A stretch of DNA of 60,400 bases from a virus (taxonomy: Duplodnaviria; Caudoviricetes). Under the pieces are notes generated by a model. The model worked only from the letters and a program-made list of their open reading frames with translations. It had not been told where the DNA came from and did no database searches. The stretch is from the IMG/VR virus record IMGVR_UViG_3300022689_000334, positions 1 through 60,400 of that record. One strand, given 5' to 3'. The position numbers were made by a program, and so were the translations under genes. This document shows, one piece after another, positions 10,554 to 21,100 of this stretch (within the stretch, counting starts at the first letter, position 1; every line of letters begins with the position of its first letter).

Positions 10554-10597
10554 TACGCCAAATGGCGTACTGGTGCGTCTTTTTGCCTTTACCCTAT

Positions 10598-10645
10598 TGC
10601 AACTTTGGCCGAAGTCGCTTAATATAAAAGGGTAAAGACAACGCA
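10598..10645 (+). promoter_or_regulatory. Representative cassette promoter: -35 TTGCAA, palindrome in spacer, -10 TAATAT, GGGTAAAGACAA leader
   Basis: TTGCAActttggccgaagtcgctTAATATaaaaGGGTAAAGACAAC; the same architecture recurs at about 25640(-), 34225, 45358, 46715(-), 50891 and 59302. Confidence 0.75.
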
Positions 10646-10681
10646 CCACCAAACACCGCCACACCACAGGAGACCCGCGCC

Positions 10682-10924
10682 ATGATCACTCTTTCTACCA
10701 TCAACCCCCAAACCAAGATTCAAGCTAAGGGTTGTGTCCAGTGGTTGGCCAAGAACCTGCTCACAGGTGAGTACCTGATGGCCCCTTACAAGGCTTTCCA
10801 GGTGACGACCGATGACCCCTACCAAGCCCTGGTGATTAAGGGCGACTACGGCCTAGCCCTGGATTGGCTGGATAACCGGCTGGGGGACACGGTAGAAAAC
10901 TACGACCTCGTAGAGTGGGCCTGA
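10682..10924 (+). CDS. Hypothetical protein (self-promoted cassette)
   Basis: AGGAG RBS; flanked on both sides by the 14-bp palindrome (10602, 10924). Confidence 0.75.
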   Translation: MITLSTINPQTKIQAKGCVQWLAKNLLTGEYLMAPYKAFQVTTDDPYQALVIKGDYGLALDWLDNRLGDTVENYDLVEWA

Positions 10925-11018
10925 CTTCGGCCAAAGTGTCCACACAACACCCCTTGAGCATTGTTCAGGGGGTGCTATTATTCAGGGGTAAAGACAAAAA
11001 GACAAAAGGCTACTTAGG

Positions 11019-11660
11019 GTGCTCAATCCCGACTTAGAGTTGACTTTTCTGGGGCGCATTCCTTCCAAGAAAAATAACAAGCGCCACATCACCCGCACCC
11101 GCAAGGGAGAGCAGGCAAGATTCACGGTTCCCAGCGAGTTGCATAGAGACTGGCACCGGTCTGAGTTCCTGAGCCTGGTCAGGCAACTGCCGGATGTTCT
11201 GGAGATTGCCCAGGCCGTGGACCCGTTCCAGGATTTCTCTGACCTGAGCTATCAGGGGGAGTCCGGGGAATCTCAGCTCATAGAGCTCATCAAACAGATG
11301 CGACCCTACGAAGCCGTCTACCCCTGGCCCTACCGTCTGGAGTATGAATTCTGGCCGGGAGACCTGAGACTTTTTGACCTGAGCAATGCCGTGGAAAGTG
11401 TGAATGACCTACTCGTAGACCTCAGGATTCTGCAGGACGACTCCTGGGCCTACCTCCGTGACCCTGACCCCACCGTGAAGGGGTTTGCAAAGGGGGAGGA
11501 ACACTGCGTTGTCAGGTTGTATTGTTTGCCGCGGACACCGGCTGACGATGCCCTGGAGGCCCTGAGGGACAAAGAGGTCGTTAAGACCCTGGCTCAACAG
11601 AACAACCTCTCCCAGAAAGCCATGAGGCAGGAACTTGAGGCTATGTTGAGCTGGGGGTAA
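11019..11660 (+). CDS. RusA-like Holliday junction resolvase
   Basis: GRIPSKKN N-terminus and DLSNAVESVNDLLVDLRILQDDS catalytic pattern (D-x-x-N...D...DD). Confidence 0.75.
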   Translation: MLNPDLELTFLGRIPSKKNNKRHITRTRKGEQARFTVPSELHRDWHRSEFLSLVRQLPDVLEIAQAVDPFQDFSDLSYQGESGESQLIELIKQMRPYEAVYPWPYRLEYEFWPGDLRLFDLSNAVESVNDLLVDLRILQDDSWAYLRDPDPTVKGFAKGEEHCVVRLYCLPRTPADDALEALRDKEVVKTLAQQNNLSQKAMRQELEAMLSWG

Positions 11661-11873
11661 CCCCTGGCTTAAACCGGCTTAAGGCTTAAATAGTGAAGGC
11701 CAGTCTGGGAAGGACTGGCCCGGAGATGTGAGTGATGATTGTCAGCACGAGTTAACAGTCCAGCGGTGAAAGGCTTTGTGTTTACTCGTTCATAAATTTA
11801 AGGCATACCCTTGCAATTTGTAAGTCCTTCAGGCGAAAATTAAAGGGTAAATACAAAAAAATATAAAACACCG

Positions 11874-12443
11874 ATGGGCTTAGTCTACAGTGCCAGCCTA
11901 AGACAACCTGAGAACTGTCACGGTACTATCATCCCGATTTGTCGTTCCCTACCAAGGAACGTCAGCCAAGAGGTGAAAGATCGGGCCGTGATTAATCATC
12001 CCTTGCGCAAGTTGCTCATGCCCTCTAAAGAACTGCTACAGGGGTACAAGGCGCAAGAAAAACTTTATAGCAAAGCAGTTAAGCACTGGCAGGGTAAAGG
12101 TTACACGGACCCGACCAGCTACCTGTGCCACCTGCAGGTCTGCGGGTCGTGGCAAAAGGCGCTGGAAACCCCTGAACCTGACTTACCTGAAAGGCCGGAT
12201 CTCTGGTATATCAGGGGATATCGGGAACAGATCGGAAAAGACCTGAGCTACGTCAGGGAACAACTAGGGTTGCTCTGCATAAAAGCTAAGGAAGAAGATC
12301 GGTCGCACACCCTAACCTGCTGGGAACCGGCAGGGGAATTTTGCCATCGCAACTTAGTGATGCAATGTATTGTCCGTTGGTTCCCAGAGTCCTACGGCGG
12401 GTGCGACGTTCCGGTTGACGTTCTGGTTAACTCAGGCCCATAG
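11874..12443 (+). CDS. DUF488-like protein
   Basis: PSKELL...Y and LTCWEPAGEFCHRNLV signature. Confidence 0.6.
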   Translation: MGLVYSASLRQPENCHGTIIPICRSLPRNVSQEVKDRAVINHPLRKLLMPSKELLQGYKAQEKLYSKAVKHWQGKGYTDPTSYLCHLQVCGSWQKALETPEPDLPERPDLWYIRGYREQIGKDLSYVREQLGLLCIKAKEEDRSHTLTCWEPAGEFCHRNLVMQCIVRWFPESYGGCDVPVDVLVNSGP

Positions 12444-13035
12444 CTACCATTTGTCGTCCCTGGCCCCCTTCCAGGGTATCCAGGACGACCCAGCCCAAGC
12501 TTTCCCAGTGAGCAATGACCTGTTTCTCGCCGTCGCGATTAGCATCATCCAGATAGATCACGGTCTCTGGTTTCAGTAATCCTGCTGCATCCAATACCTC
12601 AATGGCAGGAAGTCGAGACTGTGCTGTTTCCTCCGTGGTGGCCGGGGGACCATCTACCATGACTACGTCATACGTCACCCCAGGGTTAAACCCTGACAGG
12701 TCATAGAACCCGTTATCTCCCAGGGGGGCAACGTGCATTTCATAGTTGTCAACTTCTCCCAGTTGATAATCACTGATGACCTGGTCAGCATAACTTTGCA
12801 GGTGTTCAAGGCTATCCAGTCGGGCAAGGTGTCCTTCCTTGAGAACTCCGGTTAACCAATCAGTGCTCATCCCGGAACCAATCTCTAACATGGTCGGGGG
12901 TGTTTCCATGGCCTTGATGCGGTCAATCAAAGCTCTCATCAGTTCTTTGCGCACTGGACGGTAACGGAACCGTCCGCCCTGTTCATCAATTTGGTCAGGG
13001 TCGGTTACATAGGGGCTGATAGTTGAAGATGGCAT
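12427..13035 (-). CDS. Class I SAM-dependent methyltransferase (Methyltransf_24-like)
   Basis: MLEIGSGMST, SLEH, YDVVMVDGPP, YLDDANR; RBS AGAGGT before ATG at 13035. Confidence 0.8.
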   Translation of the reverse strand: MPSSTISPYVTDPDQIDEQGGRFRYRPVRKELMRALIDRIKAMETPPTMLEIGSGMSTDWLTGVLKEGHLARLDSLEHLQSYADQVISDYQLGEVDNYEMHVAPLGDNGFYDLSGFNPGVTYDVVMVDGPPATTEETAQSRLPAIEVLDAAGLLKPETVIYLDDANRDGEKQVIAHWESLGWVVLDTLEGGQGRQMVAMGLS

Positions 13036-13097
13036 AAACGTACCTCTTTTCTCATTTAGTGTGGATGGACTTTCCCTGATGAAAATATTGTTGGGCG

Positions 13098-14642
13098 CTA
13101 AGGAAAGGCCGGTTCCCTTGCTACATCCTTTGCGCATCCGATAGCTGACTCACAGCCCCTACACAACAGATTGCCAGAGCCTGGATGTTCTCCCCGTTGC
13201 ATGGCTCTAACCTGCTGCATGATCTCTCCCTGGTGCAAGTCTTGATAGTCCTGTTTTAGCAGGTTCCCTATAATGTGTCTCAGGCCAAAGTCCTGACAAC
13301 ATAGCCCGACATCTCCGTTAGGCATCAGAACATTAGAGTATTCGCGGTTTTCCGAACACCGGATTGCCGTCATTGGATCATACTGGGGCACCTGTGGGCC
13401 CTGAGTGTTGCCAGCTCGACTATTTAACACCCCTGACCATTCTGGTATCGGAGTGACCCCTAGTTCGTCCAGCAGGGCCTTGACCTCCGGGTGAAGGTCT
13501 CCCAGTGAGATAGGAACCTGATAACCCGCTACAGGTCTCTGCAGGGCATCCCTGAGCAGGTCAAGGTAACCTTTCGTGACCAACGTTGAATTCATCCGGG
13601 TGTCGTGCAGGTGGATGAAGAACCCAAAGATCCCAACATCTCTCAGGCGCTCCAGTTTTCCTGGAGTTAACCCCAGCAAGGTCGTGTAGGCATGGATTTT
13701 ATGTCCTTTGGCCGAAGCGTGTTCAACCATCTCGCATACCTGAGGGTTCAGGAAGGTTTCACTGTAGCCAGTAAAGGCAATCCGAACGTTTTTAGGCACA
13801 GTCTCTAAACACCGCCTGAACGTGTCCAGGCTCATGAACAGGTCCCCTCTGACCCCGTATTGCTTGACATGCAACCCGTTGGGACAATACTTGCACCCCA
13901 CAGGACAAGCAACTGTCGTGCTGATTGAGAGTTGTCGGGACCGAGCTGGGGTGAAATGTTTTTTCAAGTTTGCCAGGTCAAATGCCTCCAGCGTTCGGTT
14001 AGGGTGAACTGCAGCAAACTCTGCCATCGGCTGAATATCTCTTGAGCCGATCTTGCAGTACACCTCTGACCAGGCTTGAGGAATGATGCCCAGTTGGGTT
14101 ACAGCCAGAGCCATGCAAGCATCTTCATACGGTGTCCTGCGGTTATGTTTATTGGAGATATTATTAGGGTCTTTATAGTATTCTTTAAGTTCATAAAAGA
14201 CGTTCTTTTCTACTAACTTTTCTATCAATTCCCGACGCATTCCCCAACAAGAACCATGACACCCGATAACGGTGGTTCCGTCGCTGAAATGATTCCTTCT
14301 CCTAACAATACGGCCAAACCATTGCCCTTCAGGAATGACTCTAAATGGCCTTGATAAGTAAGTATCAGGATCAGTTTTTATAACCACTTCTGCCGAAGTG
14401 TGTTGAAGGATGTTCTCAAGATTTCTGGTCGTGAACTGCCATCCCTTTTGGGGGGTCTTGAGGCGTTCTCCCTCCAACACTATTGCCCCGGCCTTCCTAA
14501 GGCTAATGACGGCAAGGGGATGGATTCTGCCGTCACCAATGGCCAGGACTTCTGCATCAGGGTAATGGTTCCTGATTTGATGGATGAGCCTGATAGCTAA
14601 TGATTCATCGTTGTGAATATTAAAAAAGAAAGCAAGTTTCAT
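13098..14642 (-). CDS. Glycosyltransferase-like domain fused to radical SAM/SPASM domain
   Basis: N-terminal GT-A-like domain with KTDPDT (DxD); CPVGCKYC (CxxxCxxC); SPASM/twitch-like LMPNGDVGLCCQDF...IGNL...CRGCE. Confidence 0.8.
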   Translation of the reverse strand: MKLAFFFNIHNDESLAIRLIHQIRNHYPDAEVLAIGDGRIHPLAVISLRKAGAIVLEGERLKTPQKGWQFTTRNLENILQHTSAEVVIKTDPDTYLSRPFRVIPEGQWFGRIVRRRNHFSDGTTVIGCHGSCWGMRRELIEKLVEKNVFYELKEYYKDPNNISNKHNRRTPYEDACMALAVTQLGIIPQAWSEVYCKIGSRDIQPMAEFAAVHPNRTLEAFDLANLKKHFTPARSRQLSISTTVACPVGCKYCPNGLHVKQYGVRGDLFMSLDTFRRCLETVPKNVRIAFTGYSETFLNPQVCEMVEHASAKGHKIHAYTTLLGLTPGKLERLRDVGIFGFFIHLHDTRMNSTLVTKGYLDLLRDALQRPVAGYQVPISLGDLHPEVKALLDELGVTPIPEWSGVLNSRAGNTQGPQVPQYDPMTAIRCSENREYSNVLMPNGDVGLCCQDFGLRHIIGNLLKQDYQDLHQGEIMQQVRAMQRGEHPGSGNLLCRGCESAIGCAKDVAREPAFP

Positions 14643-15877
14643 TAGTAACACCCATTCCCTATCTGCACTCCATCGCACCAGTAAATATCAGGTGAATCCC
14701 CACTTGAACTATCATCTGGATCTTCTTCACAGTCTGGGCAGTACCATTGCATTTGCCAGGTGAAACTATCATCCAACATATAGAATGTGCCGTTCGGGGC
14801 CTGATAGGTATCCCCAGGATAGGGGTAATAACTATAGGCATTAGCATCAAAACCTTTAGACCCTGCCGGAAGCCAGTCATAATCTATTTGCCAATAGTCT
14901 GCAGGTTTAGCAATAAAAAGACGTTCTGCTCTGCCATCAAAAAAGAACCCGCCCTCAACCCAGTCTTCAGCACTTTCATTGGGATCATAGTTGCCAATTA
15001 AGACCGTAGACCCGCTCCCTACAGGTTTCCACTCAAAGCCATTCCAGTAGTAATTCTTGTCCTCTGACCCATCGTGGTATGTCCCCCCTCTTACGAACCC
15101 ATTGATTCCCACATCTGCCGGGGTCCCATCTCCCTGCGCTTGCTGTAATCGTGCTACCCATTCCCCGGTCGGGGGATCAGTCGTGTCATCGGTTATAACC
15201 CACTGAAACAACGTGAAATGCACGTTGCTCCAGTACAGGTCATTGTCAAACCGTCCAGCAGACAATCCCTCTGTCGTGGGGTCCTGCTCCCCGAATTGCA
15301 ACCCCCCTGCCGTTAGTATCTCTAACCACTCCCCGGCCTCTGCTGTCGTTGACGGTTTCCAGTACCAGAGAGATTGCTTTGCTAACGACCAAAATGCGTC
15401 ATAGGGATACCTGGCCCCGACTGGGGAACCGGTCGGGTCGCCAGTAGCTGGGTCTGGGGCATCATTCGGATCTTCTATCTCAGCAACTTGCATTCCTCGT
15501 TCAAGGGCTACCTGACTCAAGGAATTAACCACCTTCTGCAGGGGGTCTCTCCAGGTTTGGCCAAAGCCGGGAGTGCCTGAGATGACTCCCTGGCTGGCCT
15601 GAACCGGATCACCTGCCTGAATGCCGCTGGTAGCCTGAAACCCTCTGGGTCTTAGTTCATTCCCGCCCAGGGGCTTGACCAACTTCTGCCCAGCATACAG
15701 AGTGGGTTGCTCAACCCATTCATGGCGAGTCTTCTGGTCAACCTGAAACTGTATCCGTTCATTGACGCTGGACATCACTTTGGCCAAAGCTGCTTCCCGA
15801 CCTGTGGAGACTCGGGACTCAACGACCTGTTCTTCTATCAACTGTCCTCCTTCCCATCTACGCCTGATCGTGCTCAT
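14642..15877 (-). CDS. Putative tail fibre / receptor-binding protein
   Basis: Last tail-module gene; repeated DP...D(x)W/Y...L(W/Y)xW...W units typical of fibre proteins. Confidence 0.6.
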   Translation of the reverse strand: MSTIRRRWEGGQLIEEQVVESRVSTGREAALAKVMSSVNERIQFQVDQKTRHEWVEQPTLYAGQKLVKPLGGNELRPRGFQATSGIQAGDPVQASQGVISGTPGFGQTWRDPLQKVVNSLSQVALERGMQVAEIEDPNDAPDPATGDPTGSPVGARYPYDAFWSLAKQSLWYWKPSTTAEAGEWLEILTAGGLQFGEQDPTTEGLSAGRFDNDLYWSNVHFTLFQWVITDDTTDPPTGEWVARLQQAQGDGTPADVGINGFVRGGTYHDGSEDKNYYWNGFEWKPVGSGSTVLIGNYDPNESAEDWVEGGFFFDGRAERLFIAKPADYWQIDYDWLPAGSKGFDANAYSYYPYPGDTYQAPNGTFYMLDDSFTWQMQWYCPDCEEDPDDSSSGDSPDIYWCDGVQIGNGCY

Positions 15878-15886
15878 GTTCCCTCC

Positions 15887-17650
15887 CTACACTGAATCTA
15901 GCCAGATTCCTGCACAGGCCGCATAGGCTTTAGTTTCTTCCAGGGTGTAGCTCAACCCATCCCCTAAATATCTGTGTGTCGTTCCGTCTGGTTCAACGAC
16001 ATTCACCCTAAACATGGGGTCAGCACTCAACACAGCATCAGATACTGGCAGTTCAATGAGATCGCCCCGGTGTCTGCCTACCAATAAGCCTCGGAACTGT
16101 TCTGCAATCCCGGTCACCTGCTCTTGATTGAACCCGAAAGGCACTGTGAACAGACGTTTCCGGTTCCTGCCAGTTGCACCCCCTGGGTGAATCCAGGTGA
16201 CATCTGACTCATAGTGTTCTTCCTTGGTGTTGGCAGGTTCAAAATACTGTGTCTTGGGCGGTTGCACGTCCCCGTCATCCCCGTCATCCAGCCGGGTTTC
16301 AGTCTGCATTGCCCAGGGGTTTGATGAGAACTTGTCTACTGCAGAATCCAGGATGACTCGGGCGGTACTTTCCCGTTCTTTCTTCTTCCAGTTGCCGCCG
16401 CCCAGCGGTTCATATTCAATGAGCAGGCGGTGAACATCTCGCATATTCCAACGGGCTGTCCTCTCCGTCTCTGGCTCATGCAAGATCTGGGCTTCCTTGG
16501 TCCGTTCGTCAGTGCTTATGACGGTGTCGTTCTCGTCATAATCCCAGTCCTTGTCAATGCGTAGCACCTCACGGTCATTAGACAGGATGCCGTCATAGAT
16601 GATGGCTCGTTCAGTTCGTTCCACAGAAGTCCTCATGGACTCCAGCCGGTGAGGGTAGGTTGAATTGAACCGTTTCACTTCCTCCATTTCTTCATAGATA
16701 ATGAGCTGAGCCGGAATGGTCACCCTGAGGAAAACGGTTGCTTCTAATTCCCAGGTGACCACCCGCTTAGTAATCGTGTTTGGGTAGTCATAAGTCATTG
16801 ACGTTAACACCCGCCGAACGACCCCATTCCCGAAAGTCGTGGGCGAGTAGTTGCTCAGGTCATCTATGACCTCATCAATGTCTGTCCAGTTCTCAAAGGG
16901 GTCCAGGGGATAACCAATAGCCGCCACGCGAATGGTCTCTACCGGACTCTGAGGATCTTTCAGGGGTTCCCATACTCGATCATTAGTCCCAAGGTTAACG
17001 GTCACTGCAGGGGCCACAGCCGGGGAAAGATTAAGTTGGCCCTGGGTGATCTGGCCGTTAGTTCGTTGGTACAGATACCTCCAGTCATTGCTAACAGCCA
17101 GTCCCCCGGCCTGCTGAACATAACTGCTCTCCCCCTGCTTGCTGGCAGGGTAGGCAAGATCATAAGACCAGGTGCCCAGGGCAATTCTGTTAGCCGGAAT
17201 CTGGTGGGTCTGCAGCAATCGTTGGGCAACGACCTGAGAGGGTTCTGCTACCCCCAGAAATACCCCTGACTCATCTCCGTCAAATTCATAGGTATCAGAC
17301 CAGTTCAGCCAACACCCTACTTCAATTTGCTGGAGACTATCAGACCGCTTCAAAGGGTCTGGTTCTTCCAGTATCACCAGATGGCTGAACTGGAAGTCTC
17401 GGAACACTCCATTATCACCCACTACCTGCACATAGACGGATTGTCCCGGCCTCCAACGGGAGGGGTTAACCCTGGGATTTAAGCTCTCCGGGGCTAGGTT
17501 GTCTGATTGCAAGTAGAGGGAACCAGAGAACTTGAGCAGTCCTTCCTCGCTCAAACTTTTGAACCCCACGGTCAGACGTTTGGCAGATCGAGACCAGTCT
17601 TGACCTCCAATCTGCACAGTAAACCTGCGGGAAGTGACATTGGCAACCAA
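15887..17650 (-). CDS. Putative tail tip/hub protein
   Basis: 587 aa, second gene after the tape measure; call is positional. Confidence 0.55.
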   Translation of the reverse strand: MVANVTSRRFTVQIGGQDWSRSAKRLTVGFKSLSEEGLLKFSGSLYLQSDNLAPESLNPRVNPSRWRPGQSVYVQVVGDNGVFRDFQFSHLVILEEPDPLKRSDSLQQIEVGCWLNWSDTYEFDGDESGVFLGVAEPSQVVAQRLLQTHQIPANRIALGTWSYDLAYPASKQGESSYVQQAGGLAVSNDWRYLYQRTNGQITQGQLNLSPAVAPAVTVNLGTNDRVWEPLKDPQSPVETIRVAAIGYPLDPFENWTDIDEVIDDLSNYSPTTFGNGVVRRVLTSMTYDYPNTITKRVVTWELEATVFLRVTIPAQLIIYEEMEEVKRFNSTYPHRLESMRTSVERTERAIIYDGILSNDREVLRIDKDWDYDENDTVISTDERTKEAQILHEPETERTARWNMRDVHRLLIEYEPLGGGNWKKKERESTARVILDSAVDKFSSNPWAMQTETRLDDGDDGDVQPPKTQYFEPANTKEEHYESDVTWIHPGGATGRNRKRLFTVPFGFNQEQVTGIAEQFRGLLVGRHRGDLIELPVSDAVLSADPMFRVNVVEPDGTTHRYLGDGLSYTLEETKAYAACAGIWLDSV

Positions 17651-18190
17651 CTACAGTTCCTCCATCGTGAACGTGATTAACTTCAGGTCTGTCCCGTCTG
17701 CTGTGGTGCCCTCTTGTTTTCGGTGTTCCTTTGGCAACAGCAACAAGACGCTGAACTGTGCAAACCCGTAGACGTAACTTGAGTTCCATTCCTCGCTATG
17801 GCTTTCTAAGAGAGTGCGACTGTGGGGCGTTGGTTCGCTATCAACCATCTCTATCCAGTCTTCAAGGATGAGTCGGCCATCTCCCCTGGCCTTGGGAGTG
17901 CCGTCATTGTTCAGACCCTTATAGGTTCGGTCTTGCCATTTAGCCATTGCACCCAGACGCCTGGCATCTGAGATGGGCAGGTGACAGGCAATAGCCCAGT
18001 CATGTTTTTCCAGGGTGGCTGGCCCTGAAACCTGAGGGGTGCCCCAGTCGCTGCGACCCTCCAGCTCCACATATCCCCCTTCAGAACGGATATATCCCCC
18101 GCCCTGGGGCCAGTCCGTGATGATGACTGGAGGGATGTTCGGTCCCCCAGCAGGAACCTTGATGATCAGGGTGTCCCCTAGTTGACTCAT
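17651..18190 (-). CDS. Putative distal tail protein
   Basis: Directly follows the tape measure gene with ATGA overlap. Confidence 0.5.
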   Translation of the reverse strand: MSQLGDTLIIKVPAGGPNIPPVIITDWPQGGGYIRSEGGYVELEGRSDWGTPQVSGPATLEKHDWAIACHLPISDARRLGAMAKWQDRTYKGLNNDGTPKARGDGRLILEDWIEMVDSEPTPHSRTLLESHSEEWNSSYVYGFAQFSVLLLLPKEHRKQEGTTADGTDLKLITFTMEEL

Positions 18191-21100
18191 AGCCTTGCCC
18201 CCTTAACCATCTGCCTCAGGGTGGCCATATTGGCTTGAGCTGCTGTGCCCAAGGCATCGCCCCCCTGTCCATAAAAGTGATACTGCGGTGTTATCCGGGG
18301 GGCTGGTCTGGTGTTAACTGCTTTGGTTAAAGTGTCCAGCCTGGCCAAGATGTCTGCATTTCCATCACCCCCAGCAGATAACCTGGCCCCTCCGGTCAGA
18401 CTGGCCGGGGCCTGCCGCGCCTGGATGAGTTGAGCTGTCTGACCAGCGGTATAGACCACCCCTGTTGTCATCGGTTGCACCAGCTGGGGTCCCCCTACCC
18501 CGACCAGGGCAGACCCGCCACCTGAGAACTTGACCATCTCTGGACCACCCTCACCCATGCGGTACACCTGCCCCGCTTCTACGGCCCCTCCATGCCGCCG
18601 TTCCGGGATGGTGACGGTATCACCCCCGTCAGCCAGATTCACGTCATCTATGGACACCTCCGGGGCCGGTATCTGGGTAGACTCCAGGACGTTCTTCATC
18701 ATTTCAGCCGTTTCCAGGTCAAAGTCACGCATGGCCTGTTTGTGAGTTTTTTCCCGTTCAATCTTTGCGTCTTCAGCATCCCGGTCCTTCTGTCGCTCTG
18801 ACTCGTTAAACTCTTCCTCAATGCGCTGGGCTTCTTCCTCATAGCCCTTCTTCACCTCGGCAATCTCACCTTCCTTTTGCTCTTTGAAAAGAGCTAGTTC
18901 CTCTTCCTGCTGTCTGCGGAAGGGTGCAATCACGTTTTGCTCAATCTCCTTGCGATACTCAGCCAGGGCAGCTTCCTGTTCCTCGCGCAGAGGCTTGATC
19001 ACGGTCTCTTCCAGTTCAGCCCGTTTCTGGTAGAGGATTTCTTCCTGTTCCTCACGCAGAGGTTGCATAACCTCTTCTTCAAACAGCTTGGCTTCCTCTT
19101 GCTGGGCTTTCTGGAATTCCTCAGCTGCAACCTGTTGACCCTCCTGGAATGCCTTTTCCTCCTGTTGCAGTTGAGCCTCAAAGTCAGCTCTGGCCTGCTC
19201 CAACGGACTGAGCTCTAATCGCCCTTCCCGATCTGCCTCACTCAGGATGCCGCCCCGTTGCCGTAGCACCTGCTGTTCAATCTTCAGGCGTTCCTTAAAG
19301 GCCTCATCTTCCTCAGCAAACTGCCTTTCCAGGTTGGCTCGTTCCTCAGCCGTTTCAGCCTGAGCAATCTGTAACCGTCGTTCCACCTCAAGCTGTAGGG
19401 CATCAAACTCACGGTTGGCCTGGTCCCGTTTCTGTTGCATCCGGTCCTGGTGGGCCTCAGCTGCCTGTTGCTGCGCCTGCTGGAATGCCTTTGCATCAGA
19501 CTGTTGCTGTTCCTGAAAATCTTCCTCTAGGGACTGAAGTTCTCTCTGCTGGGATTTCTCAAAACTGGCAATCTCTTTGGCCGTTTGCCTCTCCACTTCG
19601 GCCAAAGTCTTAGCTTGTTCCTCCTGTCGTTGCTCAATCAGGTCTCCCTGTTCTTCTTTTAGTTCGCCCAGTTCTTCTTCATGGGCAAGTGATCTGGCCT
19701 CCAGTTCAGTAGCCAGATCCTTTTGCATTTGAGCAACTTTGACTTCCCCCTGTTCCTTCAGGGCGTTGATTTCCCTCTGGTTTTGTTTTTCACGCTTCAG
19801 ACGAGCATCTTCCTCATCCCTAGACCGACTCCGTTCATCAGCCTCAAATCCAGACTGCAAGTCTTCTTTCAGGGCATCACGAGTGTTCTGGATTGCTGCA
19901 CTGGCATCCTCAAAACTATCAGTCACATTAGCCGCATCATTGGCCAGTTGGTTCCAGTCCGTTCCTGACTCAGCCGGGTCCTCAATTGCTTCCTTGAACC
20001 CCTCAGCTGAAGTGGCCAGAGCATCCACGGCCCCGCCCGTTGCCGTTGCCATGTCGTTTAGGTTTTCAATCCCCTGGTAGTCGTTCGGGTCCCCATTCCT
20101 CAACTGAGCCAACTTGTTAAGCACCCGTTCCACCTGAGCAATCAGGGGCTTGAGGATAGGGAACATACGTTCAGCATTGGTCACCACCTGCCGGATCACC
20201 TCGTCCGTGTTGATGCCTATTTCCGTCAGGGTCTCATCTACCTTTTTCACCAATGCCCCGAGCACTTCAAATAACCCTCGGATGGCCTCAATCGTGAAGT
20301 TGATAGGGGTAGGAAAGTCAAAGAACCGGTCAAAGTTATCGCCGATGATCGGGATACCCTCTGCGGCTGACTGAAGTTGGGCAATACCATCAGCCAGGGC
20401 AATCACAAACCGAACTACTTGCCCGACCGTCCGCACTGCCCCGGCCAGGTTTTCAAAGTTGTCAGCTAGTTGTTCAACGTTTTCTTGCTCACTGAAGAAT
20501 GCGGTCAGAGCATCCAGGATTTGAGCTATCTGACTGACTACTTCATCACCAATGACCGCAAAGGCCTCTCCCAGTCGCTTAGCAACCTCCGGGTTCTCTG
20601 TGAGCGTTACCCTTAACCGTTCCCCGGCCTCGCTCATCTCGTCCAGGCCATCTGAGGCTCTGGCTGTCTCAGACAGAACATCCTTGGCCAGTTGGATCAC
20701 GGTCAGTCGGACTGGGGCCAAGGACTGACCGAGGTCTGCCAGGGCCGAAGAGAATAAACCAGACAGCAACAGAGCTTGTCTCTCAATACTCTGGTTCATC
20801 ACCTCCAGGGTTTTATCTACCTGACCCGCAGAGTTTTCCAGGTTCCCCATCGTGGTCTGGAATTTGCCATCCAACTGCTGAAGTAGAGCAAAGACAGCCG
20901 GTGCCCCCTGTCGGCCAAAGATTTTAACCGCCAGGTTGATTTGTTCTTCTTTTCCTAAGTTCTGGATGGAGTCCCGGAACTGAGTCAGAGCAGCTTCCAT
21001 CCCGACAAAGTTGCCCTCAGTATCAAACACCTGCATTCCCAGTCCCTCCATCAGGGCTTGGGCTTCTCCGGTCGGGGCCGCAAAACCGGCAATTACATTT

